DNA of 64,000 bases from Caldilineales bacterium (GTDB lineage Bacteria; Chloroflexota; Anaerolineae; J102), in NCBI GenBank assembly GCA_019695115.1, contig JAIBAP010000007.1:48793-112792 (forward strand), written 5' to 3'. Every line of letters starts with the position of its first letter. Within the stretch, counting starts at the first letter, position 1. Both the position numbers and the translations under genes were made by a program. Below, piece by piece: positions 44,619 to 53,858 of this stretch. The notes beneath the pieces were generated by a model. That model was not told the origin of the DNA. It searched no databases and was given only the letters and a program-made list of their open reading frames with translations.

Positions 44619-47177
44619 ATGACGCGCATCATCTCACTCCTGATCGGCTTCGTGCTCGTGGTTGGCATGGCGGTGGCGATGGCGTCCCAGGCGGCCGAGG
44701 AAAGGCCAACGGCAGGGGATGGCGACGATTGGGGGACGGGGAAGGAGCGGTCAGCCTCGTCGAGGCAGACGTTGCTGAACAGCGCCCCCTACCCGCGCAC
44801 CTACATGTTCTACCATAGCAGCCCACCCAATAACTGCGTGACGACGACGGACCGAGACGGCGTCTTGGGTCAGGCGGCCGTGTATGCCAATGTGATCGAG
44901 ACGCTGATGCAATACGGGGCCAACGACCCGGCGCCGGGCTATGAGGGTTGGTCGTCGCTGAAACCGTGGCGCCTGCCGACGAGCGGCAGCACCTGCACGG
45001 ACAGCGACCCCAAGCTGGCGGCGTGGCTGCAAAGCCAGTCGGAGGCGCTGGCGAACGGGACGCAGCGAAACTGTTGGGGCGAGACCGTTCTGCACTCGCA
45101 AATTGCCTTCATCTCGACCTGGAACTACTACGCCGATGCCATTGGCGGTTTTCGCAAGCTGCACCAGGATGCGATGCTGGCCTGCGACGAAGCGGATGGG
45201 ACGTCGGCGGGAGAGACGCTGCCGGTGGAGTATCAGACCAGGCAGACCTGGGCGGTGCACACCACGGGCGCCAACAATGCCGCCACCCGGGGGCTGATAC
45301 CGCGCTGGCGGGAGTATGGCGGGGCCAATGTCCTGGTCGGCGCGCCGGTCAGTCCGGGCGCGGATAACATCTGCTCGACGGCGCCATCGCCGTGGGGGAC
45401 GAATGCGCAGTGGCGCTATGTGGATTGGCTGCCAGCCTGGCTGCACGAGCGGATTGGCGGCATTGCGGCCTGGGATGGGGTGCGGATGGACCTGCCGGGC
45501 AACATTCACTCGTACTGGAGTCCGAAGGACATCGACCAAGATCTGGATGGCTGTCGTGATTATGCGCAGAATGGCGCGCCGGTGACATCGCCTCCATGTC
45601 CAGTTGAAGCAATACCCGCAGGGCGCAAGTATCTGGACGCCATCTATCGCGCTGGCAACGACTACATCTTCGGCAAGATCCATGAGTCAGGCTATCATCC
45701 GGCCTGGCTGATCGGCGGCAACGACGCCTGGATGCCCCAAGATAGCGACAGTAACTACATGCCCGGCTTCGCCGCCTCAGACGAGATCGATTTCACCATC
45801 GCCGAGAACTGGACGGATCGTTGGGAAACCACCTCCGGGGGCGCTCAACTATACTACTTTTCGCAATGGCGAGACCCCAACACTGGCGGTGGCGTCAATG
45901 TGAGCTTTGCTCAAGCAATCAAGATCTGGGATCAGTGGTCGCACCACGGCAACGGCGACAAGTCCTATGTCATCCTCTCCAAATGCATCTTCAACGGTCT
46001 GATCCCACCCGGCTGGACGTGTACACCGACCAACATGTACCGGGAATTTCGCTTCAGCCTGGCTGCGGCTACGATGCTCGACGCCCATCACGGCTTCATC
46101 GGCGCCGCCAACACCCTGCGGCCGGAATGGTTCGACGAATATGCCGTCTATCCCACCAATCAGGCGGCAGACACCCCCACCGAAAAAGCCCTGGGCATCG
46201 GCTGGCTGGGGATGCCGGCCGCCGACATGTACACCCCCAACGCCAGCGGCCAGGTCAGCAGCACCATCTACAGCGCCCTCGCCGCCGCCAACTGGCAGAC
46301 TGTCATCGATAACAGCGTCTGGGTGCGCTACTTCAAGCGTGGGGTGGCGTTGCTCAACCCGACAGGGAGCAGCCGGACGGTGACGCTGCTGCCCGGCGAG
46401 TATTGGCGCATCCAGGGCGTCCAGGATGCCGCCGTCAACAACGGGACTCAGATCAGCGGCAACAGCGTGTCCGTGCCCCCGCACGATGGCCTGCTGCTGG
46501 TCAAAGGCCCGCTGACTTCCTCCTGCTCGACGACGCCGCCTACTGACACACCCACACCCACCCGGACGCCCACCCCGACTCGAACACCCACCCGCACGCC
46601 GACGCCGACGCTCACACCCACGCCCACCCGCACGCCGACGCCCACACCAACACCCACGCCCTCGGCCAACAGCATCGTGCTGGAAGCGGAAAGCGGCGTC
46701 CGCACCAACATGTCGGTGGGCGTCAGCGGCGGTTGCAGTTACATCTACGGCGGCGACTGGCAGACGGGCTGGAGCGATTACACCTTCACGGCTGCCGCCG
46801 GAACCTATCGTCTGCACGGCGTCGTCGCCAACCCGGGCGGCGTGGGGTCGTTCTACTACAAGCTGGATGCACAGGCGGTCAAGCTGTGGTACTACACGCC
46901 TGGCGATGCTAACTGGCATTGGGATACCGATGACGAAACCCTGCCGCTGGCGACGGGCGGCCAGCACACATTGCGCATCTATGGCGGGCGACCCAACAGC
47001 CGGCTGGATGTGATCGAGATCAACCTGGGGGCGACGCCGACATTCAACGGCAGCACGTGCCTGGGCAGCCTGGCGCAAATCTTCAAGCAGCCGCAGCGGG
47101 AGCCGCGTCATCTCGAGGCCGTCCTGGCGCGCCTGCGTCGTTTGTTCGCACCTCTCATGACAAGGAGAAGACTATGA
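44619..47177 (+). CDS. Secreted protein: unknown ~600-aa N-terminal domain, PT linker, C-terminal CBM6/CBM35-like module (putative novel glycoside hydrolase)
   Basis: Signal peptide MTRIISLLIGFVLVVGMAVAMASQA. A (TPTPTRTP)n linker lies at aa ~645-690, and the C-terminal SIVLEAESG...GDWQTGWSDYTF...LDVIEI is typical of CBM6/35-like sugar-binding modules. AGAGG RBS upstream. Confidence 0.6.
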   Translation: MTRIISLLIGFVLVVGMAVAMASQAAEERPTAGDGDDWGTGKERSASSRQTLLNSAPYPRTYMFYHSSPPNNCVTTTDRDGVLGQAAVYANVIETLMQYGANDPAPGYEGWSSLKPWRLPTSGSTCTDSDPKLAAWLQSQSEALANGTQRNCWGETVLHSQIAFISTWNYYADAIGGFRKLHQDAMLACDEADGTSAGETLPVEYQTRQTWAVHTTGANNAATRGLIPRWREYGGANVLVGAPVSPGADNICSTAPSPWGTNAQWRYVDWLPAWLHERIGGIAAWDGVRMDLPGNIHSYWSPKDIDQDLDGCRDYAQNGAPVTSPPCPVEAIPAGRKYLDAIYRAGNDYIFGKIHESGYHPAWLIGGNDAWMPQDSDSNYMPGFAASDEIDFTIAENWTDRWETTSGGAQLYYFSQWRDPNTGGGVNVSFAQAIKIWDQWSHHGNGDKSYVILSKCIFNGLIPPGWTCTPTNMYREFRFSLAAATMLDAHHGFIGAANTLRPEWFDEYAVYPTNQAADTPTEKALGIGWLGMPAADMYTPNASGQVSSTIYSALAAANWQTVIDNSVWVRYFKRGVALLNPTGSSRTVTLLPGEYWRIQGVQDAAVNNGTQISGNSVSVPPHDGLLLVKGPLTSSCSTTPPTDTPTPTRTPTPTRTPTRTPTPTLTPTPTRTPTPTPTPTPSANSIVLEAESGVRTNMSVGVSGGCSYIYGGDWQTGWSDYTFTAAAGTYRLHGVVANPGGVGSFYYKLDAQAVKLWYYTPGDANWHWDTDDETLPLATGGQHTLRIYGGRPNSRLDVIEINLGATPTFNGSTCLGSLAQIFKQPQREPRHLEAVLARLRRLFAPLMTRRRL

Positions 47178-48307
47178 ATCATCCCTTTGTACGCCTGGCG
47201 CTCCTTTGCATCACCGCCATTCTGGTGATGGCGGTCGCGGCCTCCTCGACCGTGGCCTCGCCGCCTTTGCCCTCCCAGGCCAACGTGACCTCGGTGCAGT
47301 TCGACGGCGAGGTGCTGACGGTGGAAGTGCGCGGTGACTATGCCTATGTCGGGCTCGACACGGGCCTGGTCATACTCGATATCACCCAGCCAACTCATGC
47401 AATCGTCAAGGGCATGACCACAGGTCGAACAATCACGATTGCTCTCAGTGGTGACTATGCCTACACTTCCGGGGGGGGACTGCTGCGGGTGATCGATGTC
47501 TCGCAGCCGGCGCGGCCGCTGAAACTGTCCGAGAGCGATGCGTTTGGCAGCATCGACGATCTGGCCGTCTATGGCGATCATGTGTACCTGGCCAGCGAGA
47601 TGGGTTTCCGCATCGTCGATGTAAGCGATCCGCTTGCGCCGGTTGTGGTCGGGGCTGTGCCGGATCGCGGGGAGTTGAAGGGGCTGGATGTGGCGCCCGA
47701 CGCCACGACCGGACGGCTGTATGCCTATGTGGTCGGCTATCCGGTGGAAGTCCTGACCGATGTCTGGGTCGGCGGCGGCCTAAGAGTCCTCGATGTCACC
47801 GAACCGACGAACCCGCAGGAGGTCTATCCGTGCAGCAATGCGGATCCCTGCGCTCAGGAGTTTGGACCGCATGATATCCGCGTGCAGGGTCAATTCGCCT
47901 ATATCGCCAACTACCGCGACAGTGTGGCCGGTGCGAAAGGCCTCACCATCTATGACCTGGCCGATCCTCTACATCCGGTGGGGGTCGGCGCCTACCCCAC
48001 CCATGAATCCTCCTACCATGTGACTACATCGGGGAACAGAACCTTTTTCACCACCGCCTACATGCCATACCCGTGGCAAGGCGATCTGCTGTACAGCATC
48101 GACGTCACCGACAAGGCTCATCCGCGCTCGCTTGCCGCACAGGAGCTGGACCAGAATCGGACGGGAGGTCTGGCGGCTTCGCAGGCCAAAGGCTGCGTGT
48201 TTGCAGCGCAGCAGGCGCGGGGCTTGAAGATCCTCTGCCAGGCCACGGCCGACCTGACCCCGCCCTCGCTGACATATCTGCCCATGTTGACCAGGCCGGC
48301 GGGGTGA
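47174..48307 (+). CDS. LVIVD-repeat beta-propeller protein, secreted
   Basis: Signal peptide MNHPFVRLALLCITAILVMAVAA. Repeated (Y)AYVxxGxxGLxI(L/V)DV(S/T)xPxxP units are present. AAGGAGAAG RBS; the start overlaps the upstream gene's stop (ATGA). Confidence 0.6.
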   Translation: MNHPFVRLALLCITAILVMAVAASSTVASPPLPSQANVTSVQFDGEVLTVEVRGDYAYVGLDTGLVILDITQPTHAIVKGMTTGRTITIALSGDYAYTSGGGLLRVIDVSQPARPLKLSESDAFGSIDDLAVYGDHVYLASEMGFRIVDVSDPLAPVVVGAVPDRGELKGLDVAPDATTGRLYAYVVGYPVEVLTDVWVGGGLRVLDVTEPTNPQEVYPCSNADPCAQEFGPHDIRVQGQFAYIANYRDSVAGAKGLTIYDLADPLHPVGVGAYPTHESSYHVTTSGNRTFFTTAYMPYPWQGDLLYSIDVTDKAHPRSLAAQELDQNRTGGLAASQAKGCVFAAQQARGLKILCQATADLTPPSLTYLPMLTRPAG

Positions 48308-48394
48308 GAAAGTCCGGCGAAGCTTTCGGTGAACTTTCAACCGCTTGTTTTTGTTGATTTCAGGCGACCCCTACTGCTTCACAAGCCATCTTCA

Positions 48395-49768
48395 TTACCA
48401 GCGCAGATGCCGCGGATAGTGATTCTTGACCACCCTGCCCACCCGCTTGCCCCAGCCCAGCCCAAACCCCGCCAGCGTGACCAACACCCACCCCTCCGGC
48501 CCCTCAGCGGTGAGCGTTTCGCCAGCCAGATAGGCCCCTGCCTCGACCTCCGAGACGGCGGCGGTGTTCAGAACGTCGGCCGGGGCGAGGGCCAGCGCCA
48601 GGGCGTGGTCAGGCTCGAAACGCTCGCCGGCGATGCGGCCCCCGCGCAGCCCCGCCCGCACCACCCGCACCCCCTGCCAGAAGTCCGGCCCGACCGGCGT
48701 CCGATAGAGATGCTCGCCGTACTGCGCCCAGCCGTCTTCGGGGAGGGTCAGGCGCACAGTCTGTTCCCAGAAGCGGCGGAGGGGAGCGGGCGGCATGGCC
48801 CTGCGGACCGGCGGGAGGGGAGCGGGGTCGGAGTCGCCGGTGCGGGCGAGGAGGGCGAAGAAATGCCCCTCGCCCGGCGCCCGGTGCGGCCAGAGGCGCA
48901 CACATCGCTCCAGCGGCAGCCCGGCGGCCAGGTCGCGCTCGATCCAGTCCGGGCGGCCGGGGTCGAAGCCGGGCGGCCGGGGCGGCGACAGCAGCTCGAA
49001 ATCGGGCCGGCGGCGCAAGAAGCGGGCGACCGCGCCCTCGTCTTCCTCGGGTGCAAAGGTGCAGGTGGCATAGAGCAGCCGTCCGCCGGGGCGCACCATG
49101 TGGGCGGCCGCCAGCAGGATGGCGTCCTGGCGCAGGGCGCAGCCCGCTACGGCGGCCGGTCGCCACTGGCGGCGGGCGGCAGGCGTCTTGCGGAACATGC
49201 CCTCGCCCGAACAGGGGGCGTCCACCAGCACCCGGTCGAAGCGCTCCGGCCAGCGTTCGGCCAGGCGCTCCGGGGCCTCGTTCGTCACCAGAATGTTGGC
49301 GGCCCCGAAGCGTTCCAGGTTGGCGACCAGGGCCGGGATGCGGTCCCCGACCGCTTCGTTGGCCACCAGCAACCCCTGCCCTGCCAGTCGCGCCGCCAGA
49401 TCGGTGGCCTTGCCGCCGGGCGCGGCGCAGAGGTCGAGCACCACTTCGCCGGGTTGCGGGGCCAGCAGGCTGGCCGCGGCCAGGGCGCTGGGGTCTTGCA
49501 GATAATAGAGACCGGCGGCGTGGTAGGGGTGGTGGCCGGGGCGGGCTTCCAGGTCGGGCGGGAGCAGGAAGCTATCGGGGCGCCAGGGGACGGGCGGCAT
49601 CTCCCAGCCGGTGAGGGCTTGCAGGACAGATGGGGCGATCTTGAGGGTGTTGGGGCGCAGGGCCTGGCGCGGGGGCTGGTCGAAGCTGGCGCGAAAGGCG
49701 GCGGCTTCGTCGCCCAGCAGGGCGTCCATGCGGGCCAGAAAGGCGGAGGGAAGGTCAGGGATGGGCAT
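48395..49768 (-). CDS. 16S rRNA m5C methyltransferase, RsmB/RsmF (NOL1/NOP2/Sun) family
   Basis: SAM-binding motif VLDLCAAPGGKAT, DRVLVDAPCSGEGMFRK and the catalytic LLYATCT motif. Confidence 0.85.
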   Translation of the reverse strand: MPIPDLPSAFLARMDALLGDEAAAFRASFDQPPRQALRPNTLKIAPSVLQALTGWEMPPVPWRPDSFLLPPDLEARPGHHPYHAAGLYYLQDPSALAAASLLAPQPGEVVLDLCAAPGGKATDLAARLAGQGLLVANEAVGDRIPALVANLERFGAANILVTNEAPERLAERWPERFDRVLVDAPCSGEGMFRKTPAARRQWRPAAVAGCALRQDAILLAAAHMVRPGGRLLYATCTFAPEEDEGAVARFLRRRPDFELLSPPRPPGFDPGRPDWIERDLAAGLPLERCVRLWPHRAPGEGHFFALLARTGDSDPAPLPPVRRAMPPAPLRRFWEQTVRLTLPEDGWAQYGEHLYRTPVGPDFWQGVRVVRAGLRGGRIAGERFEPDHALALALAPADVLNTAAVSEVEAGAYLAGETLTAEGPEGWVLVTLAGFGLGWGKRVGRVVKNHYPRHLRW

Positions 49769-49789
49769 GACAGGGGCTATTCTACACGA

Positions 49790-49819
49790 TTGACAGCCTC
49801 CTTGCCCCCATGCTAAGAT
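49790..49819 (+). promoter_or_regulatory. Putative pyrG promoter (TTGACA-18-TAAGAT)
   Basis: A consensus -35 box and a TAnnnT -10 box, 130 nt upstream of pyrG, divergent from rsmB/F. Confidence 0.45.
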
Positions 49820-49898
49820 TCGGCCTGTCGTCGAAGCTGGCGACGTTTGGCTATGATCCTGCTATTACCCTTTTCCTCTCGCAACCGATTTCGCACCT

Positions 49899-49933
49899 CA
49901 GACACGGAGCGCCGCCTCCGTGTCTGTTTTTGT
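49899..49933 (+). terminator. Leader terminator/attenuator hairpin immediately upstream of pyrG
   Basis: CAGACACGGAG-cgccgc-CTCCGTGTCTG followed by TTTTTGT, ending 15 nt before the pyrG ATG. Confidence 0.55.
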
Positions 49934-49947
49934 CGAGGCTTGTCACG

Positions 49948-51573
49948 ATGACTAAATACATTTTCGTCACCGGCGGCGTGGTCAGCGGCCTGGGCAAGGG
50001 CGTGACCGCCGCCGCCATCGGCCGGCTTTTGCGCAGCCGCGGCGTGACCGTGGCCGTGCAGAAGCTCGACCCCTATCTCAACGTCGATCCAGGGACGATG
50101 AGTCCCTATCAGCACGGCGAGGTCTTCGTCACCAACGACGGGGCCGAGACCGACCTGGATTTGGGGCATTACGAGCGTTTTACGGGCGTCGATGTCACCC
50201 GGTCGAGCAATGTCACCAGCGGCCAGATCTATCATGAGGTGATCAGCCGCGAGCGCCGGGGCGACTATCTGGGCGGCACGATCCAGGTCATCCCGCATGT
50301 CACCAACGAGATCAAACGCCGCATCGGGCTGGTGGCGCGCGAGACCGGGGCCGAGGTGGTGCTGGTGGAGGTGGGGGGGACGGTGGGCGACATCGAGGGC
50401 GAGCCGTTTCTGGAAGCCATCCGCCAGATGCGCAAGGATGTGGGCCGGCAGAACGCCGTCTACATCCACCTGACGCTGCTGCCGCACATCGGCGCGACCG
50501 GCGAGCTGAAGACCAAGCCCACCCAACACAGCGTCCGTGACCTGCGCGGGATCGGCATCCAGCCGGATGTGATCTGTTGCCGGGCGGATGTGCCCATCGA
50601 TGACGAAGTGCGCGAGAAGATCGCCCTTTTTTGCGATGTGGAACAGCGGGCGGTCATCCCCCTGGTAACGGCCAGCACCATCTACCAGGTGCCGCTGACG
50701 CTGGAACAAGCCGGGCTGGGCGAGTATCTGGTCGAGCGGCTGGGCCTGGAAGCCGGCCCGACCGACCTGGCCACCTGGAGCGATCTGGTGGCCCGCATCC
50801 GCTCGCCCCGGCCCAGCGTGCGCATCGCCCTGGTGGGCAAATATGTGGCCCTGCAAGATGCCTACATGAGCGTGCGCGAGGCGCTCTTCCATGCTGGCGT
50901 CGAGCAAAACCACAACGTCGATATCGACTGGATTCATTCCGAAGAACTCGAGCGCGGTCGCTGTCTCGACCGCCTGGCCGAGGCCGACGGCATCATCGTC
51001 CCCGGCGGCTTTGGCTACCGCGGCATCGAGGGCAAGATCATCGCCGCCCGCTTCGCCCGCGAACACCAGACGCCCTACCTGGGGCTGTGCCTGGGCATGC
51101 AGGTGATGTGCATCGAGCTGGCCCGGCATGTCTTTGGCGGCGACGAGCCGAACAGCACCGAGTTCAACCCCACCACCCGCTACCCGGTCATCGACCTGAT
51201 GGCCGACCAGCGCGACATCGCCAACATGGGCGGCACCATGCGTTTGGGTCTGTACCCGTGCTGTTTGCAGCCGGGCAGCCGGGCGCAGGCGGCCTATCGG
51301 GGCGAACTGGTGCAAGAGCGGCACCGGCATCGTTGGGAGTTCAACAACTACTATCGCCAGGTCTTGGCGCAGGCGGGGCTGCGTTACAGCGGCCTCAGCC
51401 CGGATGGGCGCCTGGTCGAGATCGCCGAACTGGCCGACCATCCCTTCATGGTGGGCAGCCAGTTCCACCCCGAATTCAAATCCCGCCCCGAACTGCCGCA
51501 CCCGCTGTTCTCGGCCTTCGTGCGCAGCGCCATCGATCACCAAACCATTCGTCAGGCCCCGCTTCTGGCCTGA
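49948..51573 (+). CDS. pyrG: CTP synthase
   Basis: [19 protein letters not shown]-terminus and a C-terminal glutamine amidotransferase domain (GLCLGMQ). ATG at 49948. Confidence 0.95.
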   Translation: MTKYIFVTGGVVSGLGKGVTAAAIGRLLRSRGVTVAVQKLDPYLNVDPGTMSPYQHGEVFVTNDGAETDLDLGHYERFTGVDVTRSSNVTSGQIYHEVISRERRGDYLGGTIQVIPHVTNEIKRRIGLVARETGAEVVLVEVGGTVGDIEGEPFLEAIRQMRKDVGRQNAVYIHLTLLPHIGATGELKTKPTQHSVRDLRGIGIQPDVICCRADVPIDDEVREKIALFCDVEQRAVIPLVTASTIYQVPLTLEQAGLGEYLVERLGLEAGPTDLATWSDLVARIRSPRPSVRIALVGKYVALQDAYMSVREALFHAGVEQNHNVDIDWIHSEELERGRCLDRLAEADGIIVPGGFGYRGIEGKIIAARFAREHQTPYLGLCLGMQVMCIELARHVFGGDEPNSTEFNPTTRYPVIDLMADQRDIANMGGTMRLGLYPCCLQPGSRAQAAYRGELVQERHRHRWEFNNYYRQVLAQAGLRYSGLSPDGRLVEIAELADHPFMVGSQFHPEFKSRPELPHPLFSAFVRSAIDHQTIRQAPLLA

Positions 51574-51642
51574 CTTGTGCTAGAATAGCAACACAATTCT
51601 CATTCCAATCACAAGATTCAAACGATCTGGAGCTGTCGTTCT

Positions 51643-52395
51643 ATGTCCGGTCACAGCAAATGGGCCAATATCAAGCACCGTAAATCCGCCGTCGATGCCC
51701 GGCGGGGCAAAATATTCACCAAGATCGCCCGCGAATTGCAGGTGGCGGCACGGCATGGCGGGCCAGACCCCGATATGAACATGCGGCTGCGGCTGGTTTT
51801 GGACAAGGCCCGCGCCGCCAACATGCCCAAGGATAACATCGAGCGCGCCATCGCCCGCGGGTCCGGAACCGAAAAAGGCGAAGACCTGGAAGAAGTCATG
51901 TACGAAGCCTACGCGCCGCACGGCATCGCCCTCCTGATCGAAGTCCTGACCGACAACCGCAATCGCACCGTCTCGGACCTGCGCCATGTGCTGACCAAAG
52001 CCGGCGGCAACATGGCCAGCGCCGGGGCCGTGGCCTGGCAATTCAACCGCAAGGGCCAGATCATGCTCGACGCCGCCAAACTCGACCCCGATGAACTCTT
52101 CCTCACTGCCGTCGAAGCCGGGGCCGAAGATGTGGCGGTGAGCGATGGCGCCGCCGAAATCCTCACCGCCGACGCCGACTTGGGCGCCGTGCGCGACGCC
52201 CTCAGTCAGGCCGGCCTCGCCATCGAGAGCGCCGAGCTGACCATGACCCCGCAGACCGAGGTCGAACTGGATGTCGAGGCGGCCATGCAGATCATGGGCC
52301 TGGTCGAGCGTCTGGAAGAACTGGACGACGTGCAGAAAATCCACTCCAACCTGGCCTTCACCGACGCCCTGATGGCGCAACTCGAGACCGCGTAG
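51643..52395 (+). CDS. yebC: YebC/PmpR family DNA-binding transcriptional regulator
   Basis: MSGHSKWANIKHRK...FTKIAREL N-terminus is diagnostic. Confidence 0.95.
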   Translation: MSGHSKWANIKHRKSAVDARRGKIFTKIARELQVAARHGGPDPDMNMRLRLVLDKARAANMPKDNIERAIARGSGTEKGEDLEEVMYEAYAPHGIALLIEVLTDNRNRTVSDLRHVLTKAGGNMASAGAVAWQFNRKGQIMLDAAKLDPDELFLTAVEAGAEDVAVSDGAAEILTADADLGAVRDALSQAGLAIESAELTMTPQTEVELDVEAAMQIMGLVERLEELDDVQKIHSNLAFTDALMAQLETA

Positions 52396-52445
52396 GGGCG
52401 GGGTCCCCCCGCCCCCCGCCCGCCCGCCGCCCGCCGCCCCCGCCC

Positions 52446-52565
52446 AGGGCGAGGGGACCTCGCCCCTACGCGGGGTGCCCCTCCACCCACCTTCGAGGGC
52501 GAGGGGACCTCGCCCCTACGCGGGGTCCTCCCCGCCCCACCAGGGCGAGGGGACCTCGCCCCTAC
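52446..52565. repeat. REP-like array of three tandem hairpin units (AGGGCGAGG-gga-CCTCGCCCT...)
   Basis: Three copies of agggcgaggggacctcgcccctac at 52446, 52496 and 52542, each an 8-bp stem with a 3-nt loop. They follow a GC-rich inverted segment (52396-52440), between yebC and ruvC. Confidence 0.85.
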
Positions 52566-52575
52566 CAGTGCGCGT

Positions 52576-53097
52576 GTGAATCATTCTCCCACCGTCATCC
52601 TCGGCATCGACCCCGGCATCGCCATCACCGGCTTTGGCGTGGTGGCCGACCATCGCGGCGACCCTCGCGTCGTCGAATTCGGCGTCATTCGCACTCCGGC
52701 CGAGGACCCGCTGCCCCAGCGCCTGCAAACCCTCTACGCCGAATTGAGCGCCCTGCTAGCTCGGCATCGGCCTCGCGCCATCGCCATCGAGGAACTCTTC
52801 TTCGCCAAGAACGCCCGCACGGCCCTGACCGTCGGCCACGCCCGCGGCGTCGCCCTCCTGGCCGCCGCTCAGTCGGGCGCTCACATCTACCAGTACAAGC
52901 CGGCCGAGGTGAAGCAAGCCGTCACAGGCTATGGCAATGCCGAAAAACGCCAGATCCAGGAGATGGTGCGACTCCTGCTCGGCCTGGACGACATCCCCCG
53001 CCCCGACGATGCCGCCGACGCCCTGGCCATCGCCCTCTGCCACTTTCAGTCGGCGCGTTTTCACACCGCCTTCCCAGAGTCTTCTTCCCCCATCTGA
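52576..53097 (+). CDS. ruvC: Crossover junction endodeoxyribonuclease RuvC
   Basis: ILGIDPGIAITGFGVV, EELFFAKNARTAL and ADALAIALCH motifs. GTG start at 52576. Confidence 0.9.
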   Translation: MNHSPTVILGIDPGIAITGFGVVADHRGDPRVVEFGVIRTPAEDPLPQRLQTLYAELSALLARHRPRAIAIEELFFAKNARTALTVGHARGVALLAAAQSGAHIYQYKPAEVKQAVTGYGNAEKRQIQEMVRLLLGLDDIPRPDDAADALAIALCHFQSARFHTAFPESSSPI

Positions 53098-53138
53098 GAC
53101 CCGAACCTGCCCTCTTTCTGCCAACCAGGAGCATTTGC

Positions 53139-53858
53139 ATGGCTGCTGCACCCAAAGCCCGCATCCTCATCGCCGAGGATGAACCCGCCTTGCGCAACCT
53201 GCTCGAGATCAGCTTGTCGGCCAACGGCTATCACATCTACCAGGCCAACGATGGGCAAGATGCCCTCGACCGACTCAAGGCGCACAGCGACATCGACCTG
53301 GTCATCCTCGACATCATGATGCCCCGGCTCGATGGCTTCACGGTCTTGAAGGAAATCCGCAAGACCTCGGAGGTGCCGGTCGTCATCCTCACCGCCCTCG
53401 GCTCCAGCGAGGACATGGTCAAAGGCTTTGCGTTGGGCGCCGATGACTACATCACCAAGCCCTTCACCTTTCTCGAAGTCGCCGCCCGCATCGAAGCCAT
53501 CCTCCGCCGCGTGCGTTGGCTCACCCAGCCGGCCGCGCCGCCCACCGTCTTTCGCGCCGGCCATGTCGTGTTGGATGTCGAGGCCCACACCGTCGTCGTG
53601 CAGGGCGCGCTCTGCCACATGACCCCGATCGAGTTCAGCCTGCTGCGCTACTTCATGACCCACCCCAACCAGGTCATCACCAAAGACGATCTCTTCCGCG
53701 ATGTCTGGGGCTACGAATTCGAAGGCTCCACCAACCTGGTGGAAGTGGCCGTGCGCCGCCTGCGCGAGAAAATCGAACTCAACCCCTCCGACCCGCAACT
53801 GATCCGCACCGTGCGCGGCGTCGGCTACCGCTTCCACCCCGGCCCTGATACACCATGA
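53139..53858 (+). CDS. OmpR/PhoB-family response regulator (REC + winged helix)
   Basis: ILIAEDEP...DLVILDIMMPRLDG receiver and a C-terminal trans_reg_C domain (TPIEFSLLRYFMTHPNQVITKDDL...GVGYRF). Confidence 0.9.
   Translation: MAAAPKARILIAEDEPALRNLLEISLSANGYHIYQANDGQDALDRLKAHSDIDLVILDIMMPRLDGFTVLKEIRKTSEVPVVILTALGSSEDMVKGFALGADDYITKPFTFLEVAARIEAILRRVRWLTQPAAPPTVFRAGHVVLDVEAHTVVVQGALCHMTPIEFSLLRYFMTHPNQVITKDDLFRDVWGYEFEGSTNLVEVAVRRLREKIELNPSDPQLIRTVRGVGYRFHPGPDTP

Noticed and set aside
52446-52565. Possible mini-CRISPR array (three direct repeats with spacers)
   Set aside because: The repeats are 24-30 bp but the spacers are only ~16-20 bp and G/C-rich with low complexity. The repeats are internally palindromic like REP elements, there are only three units, and there are no cas genes in the window.
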